The notes under the pieces: generated by a model
Told to the model about the DNA's origin: nothing
The model's database searches: none
What the model saw: the letters and a program-made list of their open reading frames with translations, nothing else
Part shown: positions 37,177-50,000 of the stretch, piece by piece
Layout: every line of letters begins with the position of its first letter
How positions within the stretch are numbered: the first letter of the stretch is position 1
Program-made: the position numbers and the translations under genes
Source: Moniliella sp. 'wahieum'
Taxonomy: Eukaryota
Assembly (NCBI GenBank): GCA_003971905.1
Contig: RSEE01000033.1
Coordinates: 310,001-374,000 of the forward strand
Direction: 5' to 3'
Length of the DNA stretch: 64,000 bases

Positions 37177-38024
37177 GCATACGTTAGTAAACGATGTTTT
37201 GTTGTTTCTTTTCTTTTCTGAATCGGTATACTACCCATCACCGTGGCCGTGGGCCTTATAGTCAACACTCATTAATTGGGAGGGGGGGAAGTTGCTATAT
37301 ACTCGTTCCACACCTTTGCTTGCTATGGGGTCTGACGAGCTCATTATGCATCCGCGCTCTTCCACAATCACACTGTGTTAGTCAGTTCGTGCTGTTAGAG
37401 TGCACTTGGATTTTGTAGCACCTCCAACTTGTGGCTGGGGGATGCTCCAACAGCAGAAAATGGATCGCAGGGGTGCCGTCATGTTTCCTTCCGTATAGCG
37501 CAGAGCGCGGCTTGCATTGTTGGGCAAACGTCCGACCCGTGCTGGTCCGCTTCTCATCTTTCCCAACGTGGGCAAGGGAGGCGAGTGGAGAGGGGAACAG
37601 TGGGGATATTTGTCTTAGCCTGCGGCTGTACGATCTAATAGCTCCCCGGCAGCATGGCGAGGGAATGCGAATGGAGGGGTGAGACCGGTGAGGTCCACCG
37701 GGTCGGTGATAACCTACCCACTGCGGCTGCGATTGGGTACGGCGCCACTGTCAATCATTAAGCGTGCTAGAGCTGGCAATCTGCAACGCAGCCGCCCTCC
37801 GCACTAGGGCAGTGTCTGTGGAAGCGTGAAATGGATCCTTGCTCCAACTAACACGTTTGACACTTCCGAAGCGGCGGTCCGAGCGCCTGAGCCACGCCGC
37901 ACATGGTGGGTTGACGAGTTGACTGACCTTGGAGCTTACCCACCACTGCCGCTGCCCTCGCCGCCAGCATCACCACCACCATTGCGCCCTGATTTCCGAT
38001 ATCCACCTGACGTGCGCCTCTTCC

Positions 38025-38836
38025 ATGGACTCAGCGTACGCCAACCACCCTTCCCTCCCCGACCAGGCCATCCCCAAACGCAAACTCGTCGTCGTTGGTG
38101 ATGGGGGGTGCGGCAAAACGAGCTTGTTGATCGTCTACTCGGAGAATCGCTTCCCCGAGGACTACACGCCCACCATTTTCGACAATTATCTTGCCCAGGT
38201 CAGTTTTCGGGGCCACCCCGTCGAGCTCGCGCTTTGGGACACGGCTGGGCAGGAGGAGTACGACAGGCTGCGGCCCCTGTCCTATCCCGAGTCGAACGTG
38301 ATCCTGATCTGCTTTGCCGTAGACTTTCCCACAAGTCTGATGAATGTGCAAGATAAGGTACGTATTTGGCCTTGCTTTTCTCGTTCGCCTATTGTGTCTT
38401 CTGACACCATCCCCTCGCGGCATTGCTGCAGTGGTACCCGGAGATCAACCACTTTCTCGAACATGTGCCCATCGTCTTGGTCGGTCTCAAGACGGATTTA
38501 CGCACGGACGCGCATGCACTGGCTATGCTCAAAGCCCAGGGCACCACCCCCGTCAGCACAGCTCAAGGCAGACAAGTTGCTGCTGACATCGGGGCGGCGG
38601 CGTATGTCGAATGCAGCGCACGCCTCAACCAAGGGGTACGTGAGGTGTTCGACACTGCTTTGCTTCACGCGATGGGCCTGGGCGAACCCATGACAGCTGG
38701 TCCGACAGCGTCGTACCCGACTCAGAAAACAACTACCCCTGCGGCGGCGGCGCCTTCCCCACAGGCCTCTACCCCTGCGCCTGGGCCTGCATTGCGCCAA
38801 CCTCGACGGCGGAAACGGCAATGCCAGATTCTTTGA
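38025..38836 (+). CDS. RHO4: Rho-family GTPase (Rho4-like); intron 38358-38431
   Basis: [47 protein letters not shown], polybasic + Caa[11 protein letters not shown]. Confidence 0.88.
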
Positions 38837-40022
38837 AAGAGTACCCTGGTGCCCTGTTCGTTGCCTCGCTTTCTCCCCTACATACGCGTACTGGATGCTT
38901 TCATCTTTCTCTGTATACTGCCCATGCTTCAGCACAGGGACTTGCTGGGGCCCTGCTTGGCCGGGGCCTAGCCCCCCCGCCCCCAGCTGCGTTTGGGCCC
39001 GGCGTACCTTGTCGCTCTTCTCGCTCTCCTTGCCCGGGCCCTCCCAACATGTACATGTCACCTTGAACGAACCATTGTCTGCTGCCGTGTGTTGGCAGGG
39101 CGGAGCCAGTGGCATGCACACCCACCCCATGGCAAAGAAGATGGCTCTACGGGCACGTCTCGGGCATCCTGCGTGGTAGGTGGCAGGTAGACAGCGTAGG
39201 TCGTGGGAAATGGATGCTGCGTTCAAGACCCCATTGGCATGTTTCGAGTCTGCTGCGCGACATGCACGCATCCGCCGGCTAGGCCATCGAGGGGCAGAGG
39301 GGCGGAGGTGGGTTGAGGCCGTTCAAGCTTCAAGTTGAACGTGTTGAGGCTCGACCTGCGCAACCACCGCTAGTGGCGCTAATGGCATGTCTGGTCGGGG
39401 TGCGTGGTGCTGTTTTGCTTACGAGTGTACGATGTGAAATTTGCAATTTGCCATTTGAGCCGGGGCGCTGACAAGCGAGGTAGCCGGTACGCCCGGTATC
39501 GGGCAACCAGTAGCGCGTGAGCGTGACGCGTGAAATTTCAAAGAACATCCAGCATTTGAAATTTCGCATGACATGGTGACATGTGACATGCCGTCTCGAT
39601 CTGGGGAGACTGGAAGCGTACATCACGTGCCCGGGGGAGGCCAGCCTTCATTCTCCCTGCACAGCGCCTGTGCGGGGATTACGCAATGTTGAATTAGGGT
39701 TGTGAGGTGGGCCCCAGCAAAGGGCCAGTGTGGGCTCCTGTGAGTTTTAGCGTTTGCTGGTCTGTGGGCATGCGAACGCAAACCAATCGGGCAGCGACCA
39801 GTGAGCGGCGAAGGGCACGCGTGATGGGCCCAGCCGGCTGGCCATCTGCCTCGCCGCCGCAGCCACAGTCAGAGAGAACGGCGGGACGGTCTTTGCCAGC
39901 TTTCGCCACCATCGCCGCTGACGCTGACGGCGCCCGTGTCCACCGCGCCCCCTGCTCGTGTCCCGTCGCCACCTCTCCCGGTCCCACACCACCACCCCCT
40001 CCGCCCCACTGCACCGTGCAGC

Positions 40023-42824
40023 ATGGCGCAGCAGCACGCCCCCCAATCGCCCGCTCCCCGCTCTTGGCCGAGCTTTCCCGCGGCCAGCTCAGCCCTGTCG
40101 TCCCCGAGCCCGATGCGTTGGACAGCACGCAGTGTGATGCGCAGTACGGCTTCAACCGTGAGCGGTATGTCTCGACCCTCTGTTCGCGCACGGCCAGGAG
40201 CCCGTCGGGACCATCAGCCGCTGACCTTTCTTTGACCTCCTCCCATCTCAGTCTGCTCGATGGCCTGCAGAAGACGCGTGACATTGTTAACAATCTCCAG
40301 GACTTTAACAATGGACGCTGGATTGTGCAGTACCCCGAGATGAACGCGTCGACGCCGCCGGCCCCCCTCACGCCGACTCGATCGGCCACCTTGGACCCGA
40401 CTGCAGGTATGCGGCCTGCGTTTGACCGGTCCCACTCTGCGCTTCCGGGCGCCGAGACCATTCCGATGCGCCCTCAGCACACTCGTTCGGCTACACTTGA
40501 CTCTTTCCCCACTTTGGACCAGAATGGACTGAGCATCCTTCGTCTGGACCTGCAGGTTGGTCCTGGCTCAAGCCTTTCAACGGGCGTCAATGTACCGGGG
40601 GTCCGGCAGTCGGTGCTGCAATCCCTGGAGAAGTCGTCTGTGGCTCAACTTTTGGGTGGGAGGATGGCCCAAGCGGTGCGGCACTTGGAAGCCTTGCGTT
40701 TGCGCATTAGCGACCGCCAGTCTAAAGTTCTCATTACCGGCGACTTGAATGCGGGCAAAAGCACATTTGTCAACAGTCTTTGCGTCGCGACATTATGCCC
40801 ATCGACCAACAGCCTTGCACAACGGCATTTTGCGAAGTGTTGGACGCTCTCGAATTTAACGCGGGCAAAGAGGAGATCCACATGCCTCGATCAGGCAAGA
40901 TTTATCGCCCTGAGGACGATGACAGCTATGTGCGCTACTCGCTTGAGCAGGCAGAAGAGCTTATGGCCGTGTTGGAGGAGAGCGACGCGTCTCCGTTGCT
41001 CAAGTGCTACTGCACCGACCGTCGTGGAACGCAAGAAAGTCTGCTCCGCAACGGTGTAGTGGACATCTCTCTCATCGATGCTCCTGGTCTGAACCGTGAT
41101 TCGCTCAAGACTACGGCACTCTTTGCCCGTCAGGAGGAGATTGACATCATTGTCTTTGTTGTCTCGGCAGAGAACCACTTTACCCTTTCGGCCAAAGAAT
41201 TTTTGTGGAACGCTTCAAATGAGAAGGCGTATGTGTTTGTCGTGGTAAACAAGTTTGACCAAATCAAAACAAGGACAAATGCAAGCGTCTTGTCCTGGAG
41301 CAAATCAAACAACTCAGTCCTCGCACGTATAACGACGCGGAGGAGCTGGTCCACTTTGTCGGCTCGGAGGACGTGTTTCCTTCCACGGATGCTGAACAGT
41401 CTGACACTACTGACATCTTGCCTCCCCCGGACAAGGCGAATGCGCGGCAAGCGGCCTTTACCCGTTTGGAGCAATCGCTGCGCAAGTTTGTACTGCTCAA
41501 GCGGTCCAAATCCAAACTACTTCCGGCGCAGGTATATGTGCTACGGCTGTTGACCGATGTTATCCTTTTGGCCAAGACCAACGCTTCATTGGCTCAGGCG
41601 GAGGAGGAGGCTGCTTCTTCCGCACTCGCCCTGGCCAAACCCGCTCTGCAAGATTGTCGTCGCCGCGCGGACCAGTTGTCGGTCAAGTTGGACGAGCAGG
41701 AGGACAAGACGGTTTCTGCGCGCAAACGGTAGCCGGCGACCAACTTTCAGGTGCACTGGCCTGTGTGCGAGCTGGGAAAAGTGCCCACCCAGCTGTCTCG
41801 TTGCCCGCCTACCCTGGTTTGCTCGAAGCATGGCGCTATGCCGAGGAGGTGCGACAGGCGATGGTTGACTCACTCGAAGCTGCTGTGCGGGAGGCGGAGC
41901 ACCAGTCACGTCAGATTACCAGCGAAGCGGTGACTCTGGCAGCTGGGTGAGGCTCACTTGCCTACGGACGTGGGCCGTTCCAATCGGGTGTTCCTTCCTG
42001 ATGCCATGTTCTCGTCCAAGCGCTCCCACGCGCGGCGTGAATCGCGTGCTAGCATGGCCAACCACTTGGCCTGGCTCGGTCTGCCAAAGACTGCACTAGT
42101 CTCGCCTGCTACCGACCTGCTGGATGTGCCCTTCCTCGTCTCGGGCTTGCTCTCCCCACTCGACGCGCGGCGTAAAAAATCAAACAAGATGATCGAAGCT
42201 TCTCAGGGTGCGCCATCCAGCTGGGTCACTGAGCTGGAGAACCATCTCGTCGGCAGCTTTACCCTTGGTCTTGGCGCCTTGACCCTGGTGGGCGGCAAAG
42301 CGTTTGGCGCTACTGCGGCGATTGAAGGCCTGGCACGTGCCGCAGATTTACTGGGCAATCGCAATGTGCGTAGCGCTGCGGGCCCGCTCTTTGCTCTGGC
42401 GTTGGCTGGTGCGGCCACGTATGTGATCCTTGACTTGCCCAACTCGATTCCACGCAATGTGGGACGGGCCTTGTCGGCTGCGGCTACGGCGGGCCCGTCG
42501 AGCGAGGTGGTTCCTTTGGCCTCTCGCTCGGCAGAGAGCGAAGATGCCGACTTTACCGCGATGCATACCGAGCGCATTTCTCGCGAGGTGCGCAAGGTGA
42601 TGCGTCTTGCCAGTTGGGACTTGCAGGAGACGTTCCGTGCGGCAATCAGCGAACGGGCATCTCAGGTCGCCGCTGCGGAGCACCAGATCGCTCAGGCGCG
42701 CGAGGCGGGACAGTATTTTGAAAATGCTCTGGAGAGAGCCCAGAGTGCCCACGAGGAAGTATCCTCACTCCACATTGGGGATGAAGTGGGACCAACACTG
42801 GTGCCAGTGCGGAGCGAAGAATAA
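40023..42824 (+). CDS. FZO1: Mitofusin, transmembrane GTPase Fzo1; intron 40165-40251; frameshifts
   Basis: SKVLITGDLNAGKSTFVN, PIDQQPCTTAFCEV, IDAPGLN.DS, FVVSAENHFTLSA, VVNKFD, two hydrophobic segments near the C-terminus. Confidence 0.93.
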
Positions 42825-43570
42825 GGGCAAAAGTCTCTTTGACGTGTTGCCTCCCTGGATCCCTCACTCTAGTTTCTCCATTACCATCTTCTCATGAGGG
42901 GTTGTTTTCTTTTCATGTCCTGCAATGACCCCTTTCACGCCACTCTTCCCAGCTCATTGCCCCTGACCACCGTTTCCTTTACTCCCTAACCCGTGCCTCT
43001 TATCCTGTTCTACTCTTTGTGCACTACACTGCCCTGTAGATGCATGTTCATCCGTGGCCGTATCTTCCTCACCCCCCCAGTTTACTCCGCCTCCCCTTAA
43101 AAGGTGGGCGGAGAGACGGGGGTCACGCCTGTCACCGTTGTACATAATGCAGTAGCGGCCCAAGTTTGTATCTTGTGTGAGTACTGAGTTGATCTGCGCT
43201 GTTCCACACATTGCCTCGCCTACCGTTGGTTGCCTCCAGGTTGCTGCTGCGTGTCGGGGTTGGCGTTCTCTTACTTGAAGGGGATTGTAGACGGACATAT
43301 TGGTGCGGGATGTCCCCCCTCGCCCTCCCTCTCGCTGGCACCAAACGACGCGGCGATAGCGACGATAACTGCTCTTCTCGAGATCCCTGCGCAGATCCCC
43401 ACCATCGAAGGGGAGTGTATATGTAACCCACTCACGAAGAGAGGCTCTGTAGGGTGCAGCATGATACCGCTGAGCAGGGCGGGGAGGGTATCGAGGTCAT
43501 CTTCTCGTTGTTGCATGCCAAACATGTCAAAGACGCTTGACCGCCGAGGAGAAATGACAAAAACAAAAAA

Positions 43571-43666
43571 TGACTTCGCCCGGGCTCGAACCGGGGACCT
43601 TATCCGTTATCAAGCGCACTGTGCGTTTGTTAAGGATACGTGATAAACCAACTACACCACGATGCC
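43571..43666 (-). tRNA. tRNA-Val(AAC) with intron
   Basis: GGCATCGTGGTGTAGTTGGTTTATCACGTATCCTTAACA..GGATAAGGTCCCCGGTTCGAGCCCGGGCGAAGTCA followed by a T-run. Confidence 0.92.
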
Positions 43667-44689
43667 ATATGCTCACTACAGTCGTTTCTTTTCTCAGCAG
43701 CATATATCCTCGCCCTGAGCTTCTTTGTGTCGGTGCTCCTTCTGTTTTCGGGTCCTGCTATGCAAAAGTGCCGCGGGAGATACACTCCTAGTACTCGAAT
43801 TAAAGCTTGAAGCAGCAGTGGGTGCCACCGTCCCGCCGAGGGGATACGAGAAAGACTCTTCCGTTTTTGCTGTTGAATCCGCACAGGAGATACGCAAGGG
43901 GGACACGAGGCTGCACCCCTGCCGATCGATGCACAGGCCGGATGGACCACAGAGGCTGCCGTGAGATCTGAGAGGGGGAGAGTCAACAACGGTAGAAGGT
44001 TGAAACTGCTGTACTTGGTGGTGTGACGGACGCATTCCCCGCTATTGAAGGAGGAACAAGCAGCAGGAGGGTCTTAATGCGAGAAAAGACGAGGCCGATG
44101 CTCACTACTATTACACTGTGGTACTGTACGCGGGCTTAGTAGACTTGAGCATGGTCAGCCAAAGAGAGAGGGAGCAGGAGATGGCGGCCCGTCGGAGCAC
44201 CCCAGGGCCAAAGGAGGACCGCGGCGGATATATATCGTTCGAGCCGAACTTGGCCACTGACATGTGACAGCGATATGCAGTGTATGCCATCTATATACTC
44301 TTCCCTGACTTGCTCCAACTCCATACAATACAGACAATGTGAGCATCGTCACCGCAATCTGAACTAGCTTCAAGACATCCAAGTGCACACCCAACAATCG
44401 TGGCAACGCTCAACGTCCAACATGGGAGGCTACTCTCATTTGCATATGAGATGTATACGCAAAATGCCTTAGTACTTAGTGCATTATCCTTCCTCTCTTC
44501 TGCTCCACGACCATCGCCCTGTCTGTCCCTCCGCCAGCTTCTCCCTGAACATATGGGCCGCTATAGCTGGCCCAATGGCAGCTGGCCCACACCGCCAAGT
44601 TCAAGACCCAAAAACCAAACGTATCACCAGCCCACTCGGTCAAGCTCTGACCTTGTTCTGCTGGGCATGGATTCAGCCATTGACACATA

Positions 44690-46056
44690 TTACAGACGAC
44701 TACCCTTGAAAAGCGAGCTCAGGCTCTTGGGGTCCAACTGAGAATCCGGGTACGGCAGCCCTGTATATCAAAACAAAACGTGTTAGCGCCCAAATAGCGA
44801 GAAAGAATGGGTTGGAGGTAGAAACGCACAAAAGCCACCGTTGTGCCAGGCCGCGCCATCCACAGTCTGTGTAAAAAGGTCAGTTTGCTCATCTCTCCCT
44901 TCGAAGGTAGAGTGGCACGCACAAATTTGCCCCCTGACACGTAGCTAGCCGCATCCGAAAAGAGGAAGACGGCCATGTTAGCCACGTCTCCCATATCGCC
45001 TTGGCGCTGAAGAGGGATTCGTTCAGCAACCAAATCATGACCAGCCTGGGATGTGGTGATGAGAGGAAAGCAGGATATTAGCAATCAGCGTTAAACGGTC
45101 TAGTAGATTCAATACTTACCTCCGGAATCAAACGAGATGTGCCTTCCGTGTTACCGATGGGGCCGGGGGCAATGATGTTGCTGCGAACGCCAAAAGGCCC
45201 ATACTGTGTCAAAAAGGAAAAGTCAGTTAACCCGTTACCTTATGATAAACCCAGTCAGCGTACCTCGACCGCCACACTGTTGCTCAATGCATCGACCCCG
45301 GCCTTGGCGGCCGAAGGGGCCGATTGCCATGGAAGACCATTGTAGTGGAGTGTGGCACTAATATGAACATAGGCTCCATGGGTCTTTTTGAGTTCGTCAA
45401 TCGTGGCCTTGATGGTGTTGAACGTGCCAATCAGGTCAATCTCAACAACAGTCTGGAAGCCTTTAGGCTTCAGTCCATCCATCTGCACAACAAAATCGAA
45501 CGGTCAATTGATATACCGCACAACGGCCCGAATAAACGACGTACCGGGACCATAAAGTTGCCTGCCGCACCACACACGACAAAGTCAATGCGACCGAACG
45601 TCTCCACAGTCTGTACAGTCACAAAAGAAACCCGTCAGCGCTCCCGTTCCCAGTCCCAAAGCCTCACGGCTCCCTCTTGTCACCAGCAACTCACCTTCTT
45701 GGCAGCCTCGACCAACGTCTCGAATTGGCGCACGTCCGCAGGCGCGGCTAGGCACCGGGTGCCGTTGCCAACAGTAGTCTCTAGCTCCTTAGCTGCCGCA
45801 GCAAGCCGGTCTGCCTTGCGGCCGAGAATGGTCGCATTGGCCCCATGGCGCATGAGCTGCTCAGTTATCTTCTTGCCTGGGGGAAGAAAGGTTAGCGGGA
45901 ATGGGCAGAAAAGAGGTCGTTACCAGGACAGTGACGTACAGATGCCGCTACCACCGCCGGTGACAAAGGCAACCTTGCCCTTGAAGATGTCGGGCCGAAG
46001 GTTGTGGTGCTGGGGTTGTGCGGAAGGATGTAGGGCTGGGGTTCTTCGCTGGACAT
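44690..46056 (-). CDS. SPS19: Peroxisomal 2,4-dienoyl-CoA reductase (SDR family), multi-intron
   Basis: DIFKGKVAFVTGGGSGIC, GAAGNF, FQTVVEIDLIGTFNT, ISATLHY..AAKAGVDAL, IPLQRQG..AVFLFSDAASY, PTS1 end SRL*. Confidence 0.92.
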
Positions 46057-46456
46057 GGTGGTCGAGTGGGGCTTGTGGATGGTGGTGGTCAGAACAAGAG
46101 GCGCGGTTAAGAGTGTGGATTGGGGATGCAATGTTGGGAGGAGGTGCGGCCGCAGCAAGAGTGAATGAGGTGTCCTGGTAGCCCGAGCCCGTCCGGACCG
46201 GTAGACTGGTAGGCCGGTTAGACGCAAAAACCGACAGCAATTGCAATGTTCAACAACAAGTCCAATGTTGAAAATGAAATGATCACCTTCGAAAGTGACG
46301 CATGACGCATGTGAAGCTTGCAGCTTGAATGATGTGCATCACAGCTCGGAAGAAAGCACCGCCGATGCTCGCAGGCCGCACAACGACCGTCAGTTTGGCC
46401 GATATCCCCCGTGCTGCGATCCGAAGACATCGTCGTGGTTTTGAGCAGCACTACGA

Positions 46457-46495
46457 GAACCAGTACAGAACCAGTACAGAACCGGTACAGAACCA
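46457..46495. repeat. 11-bp tandem repeat (GAACCAGTACA) x3
   Basis: Directly visible. Confidence 0.85.
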
Positions 46496-47053
46496 AGTGC
46501 ATCCATCCAAGAGGCCTTGCAGAGAACCCCGCGACGCAGAAAAGTCTCACGCCGGGGACCCGTTACGGAACCGTGGGCATAGTCCATGATGCCATCTCTG
46601 CCTGCCACACAGCACTCCATAATACTACTAATAAAAGTACTGGAGAGCGCTACGAGTGGAAATGGTCTGACATCTTTTCGGACAACCTGCCAGCTGTGTC
46701 CCGTAATAACTGTGGGAGTCAAAAAAGCGCCTTGAGAAGAAAGGACCCTCGTTTTCTAAGTGCAACTAGGAAACAGGTGAAGACAGGATGTCATGTGTTG
46801 TGGGAGATGATGATGTTCATACGCAAAATCAAAAATGTAACGTATTGGAGGGAAGGCTTTTTTGGAAGGAAGCTATCATAGTAGATCGAGAGATACCAGA
46901 TGGAACCATGCAACAAACATAATGTGATACTAGCGACTCTTCCTTCTTGAGGGAGAATTCATGTGAAACGGCCCCAGTCCAAGTAAGAAAGTAGTAAACA
47001 GGGATAAAAACAGAGGGGAGCAGGGTGAGGAGTGGGTAAAAATAAAGTATATG

Positions 47054-50000
47054 TTACAGCAAATACGCTGCAGGCACCACTCCTGTTCGCCCCGGCGTCC
47101 TGAGCCAGCCACCAATGAGGATCGTCTGCCTGCAAGATGAGCAGCTGCTGCCCCGCTGACATGGGCAGCTCAGCGGAAGAAACAGGCACAAAGTCGTACC
47201 GGGCATGAGAAATGCCGCCCTGTGGGGACCCAATACAGCCACGTGGGACTCGGCATCGTTCCTCTCGTAGGACGAAGGATCTGCCTCGGATCCGCTGAAA
47301 GGGACTCTGGGTGCCTGCCTCAGACTTAAACCCGGGTTCGGTGCCGAATCGGTTGACCAAGCTGCTCCTGCCGAGCTCATCTCGCCTGATGCATCATGGC
47401 CTGACTCGCCCGCGCTAGCACTATTCTGTAGGCACCGCCGTGTCCAAAATGGTCTCGTGGGGCCCCAGAAGCGCTACCAGTCCCATCCTGCTGGGGGGCG
47501 CTGTTTCTCCTCCACTCATGGTGCCGGTTGTAGGACTGGATATGAGGGCCGGGCGGGCTGCGGCGAGCAAGGTGCGCATCGCCACTGAAGGTGGGGCAGA
47601 CGCAGAGGCGGAGACAGGATGTGGAGGGGCACTATCGGTGGAAATGAGGTAGCCAGTATCCCCGCTGGTGCTCGTTTGGTGTCCTCTCCTCCCATACTGC
47701 TGGTTCCATAGTACCCTAAACCGGATGTTGAGGCCCATGCAGAACACTGCCTTGACCACCAGTTCCAGTGGTGGTGCTGGGAAGATACGAGCCGGACGTG
47801 GTGCCGGTCAAAGCATATCCTGTTGAGGCTCCATTGCCCTCAGTTGTATCCTCGTCTGTAGAGTCCGTCACGGTTGTGCGGATTTGCGGTAATGCTGTGC
47901 CATGGGCCAGGGAAGTTTGCCATGCTGCAATGGATGAAGATTCCGAGCTGCGGTAGCATGTAATGTATCTTCCAACGCTTCCGTTGCGGCAATAGTCGCA
48001 GGCAGCGCACCCAGAACGCTTCGGCTTTCCGAGAAGCAAGATGCTCTCGCGATCCCGATGTAGTATCTCGCCGCGAACTCGAACCAGATCCTCCGGAAGA
48101 GGTCGGTCCTCCCTGGGGACTTGGAAGGTGTTGGTTCTCTCATCGCCAGTGTAACCCTGGATGTGAGAATCAATTTCGGGAGCGGAACAATCGGTGAAGA
48201 GCCGATGTTGTGCTCCAATGGAATGGCCATCCAAGAATTCAACCCGGGGCGACTGCTTTCGGGTTTGTCCGTAGCCTCATATCTCTCGTACCCGCGTGGA
48301 TCTGGTGCGAAGCCAATGTAATGCATCCGCTCGGGTGTGGACCACGGAGGGGGGGCGCACTAGCCCACAACGGCACCAGTCCGGGATTTGCTTCCCCGTG
48401 ATGGCCACTGTTTTTTCCCAAGGATGCGTGGGACCGGTATGAGGGCGTGACACAGTATTGGCTGTGATGGGTGTAGGTGAAGTCAGTCTCCTCGGAATAG
48501 AATCGGGAGAGATTCGCGTCAACAGAGTGGATAAATGTGCGAGTGACCCACCCCATTTTGTCGCTCCAGCAACACGGTTCTTCACCTCTGCGGGATGCGT
48601 CGTTTTAGTGGTGGGATACCAGAAGGTGAGAGTTTATCTTGTTTCCGTTGCCGGAGAATCAAAGCGACGAGCAACGCAATGATGACGAGGAGCAAGACAA
48701 TACCAAGACCAATAAAGATGCTGATGCAAATCACTACGCCCACAGAGAGATGATGGATAAAGCGTAAGGCATGAGAACGGAATACGCCATGGCCCGTATA
48801 CCCGCTGTAGGGTCGCGGTTCACGATATCTGGCTTGTTTCGTTACTTCTAATGATATTAGCCCCCCGTCATAGTTAGCCATGGTGCCCATATCCCTGCGC
48901 CATCGTACAGAGCTGCACCAAGTAAACCATAGGCGGCTGTGACCAGCGTCCCTGTAAGTAGTACCACCCGATCACGAGCCAGTGGATCCGACGGCCCTTT
49001 TCTTTCTTTAGTGAGAGGAAGTACAAGGAGCTGAGAAACTGGGACCCATTGATTAATTGGGGAGTTTTGCTTCCTTCTCCACCGGCATCGAGGAGAGAAA
49101 AGTGGGTCCCTGTCCATACGCCAAGGTAGGGAACCTCTCCACCGTCATAATCCCTTCCACTTGATGCGTTGAAAGAATCCGTCACATTTCCAACAAGCAA
49201 AATGTTGTATGGATTCAAATCATCCACAGCAAGTGCCGATGCTGGGCCGGGTATCTGCCCCTGTTTTGACCCAATTGAGCCGTAGGTGGACCAAGACGAG
49301 TTGTGAAAGTGCCATCCAGCCAGGGCAGTGTGAACCCCATCGATGTCGAGCGACCCAGATACGATCAAGGTGTTTGCTTTCTCCTGTTCAGGATACGCTG
49401 GAGTGTGAGTAAGGAGGAAATTAAAGCAGCTGTATGAGGAACGACGTACCTCAGCAAAATCCATGCCTGTTATGTTTCCCTGAGGTCCCCCCGGAATAGA
49501 GTGCCAGCGCATCTGGTCCGCGTCCAGGAGGCAGATTGCTGGGCATGGTACAGTTCCAGCTGACTCAAACGCACCCGCCACAATTAAAGACGACGTGGCG
49601 GGTCGGAGCAGGATTCTTTGCACCACAACCCCCCAGGATCGCTCGTATGCAACGGATCAAATGTTAGCCAAGTGTGTGATGCCAGCTCATAGGCCGCTAA
49701 GCCTCCCTGAAAACCAACAAACAGAACATTGTTTCGAACCGCCAAAGTGTTCACTGTACCCATCTCTCCTGGGGGGAAGGCTGCCAGACCTGACAATGTG
49801 CCGGGCTGGACAAGCGGTATTTCTTCCTTTCCTGCCACCGAATCGGGTGTTAAGGTGTAGGCCCCAATATGGTTGCATTGCCTGAGGTGAAGTTGCCCCC
49901 GATAAGCACCCTGCTGCCCTTTGGGCCAGACCAAACACGGCAGCACGAATGTACCCCTCCAGTTGGCGCGATACGTCGATTCCGGTCGACCCTACTGTCG

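Noticed and set aside
42950..43530. LTR or polypurine-tract remnant, or small ORF, next to tRNA-Val
   Set aside because: No matching termini, TSD or recognisable protein motif.
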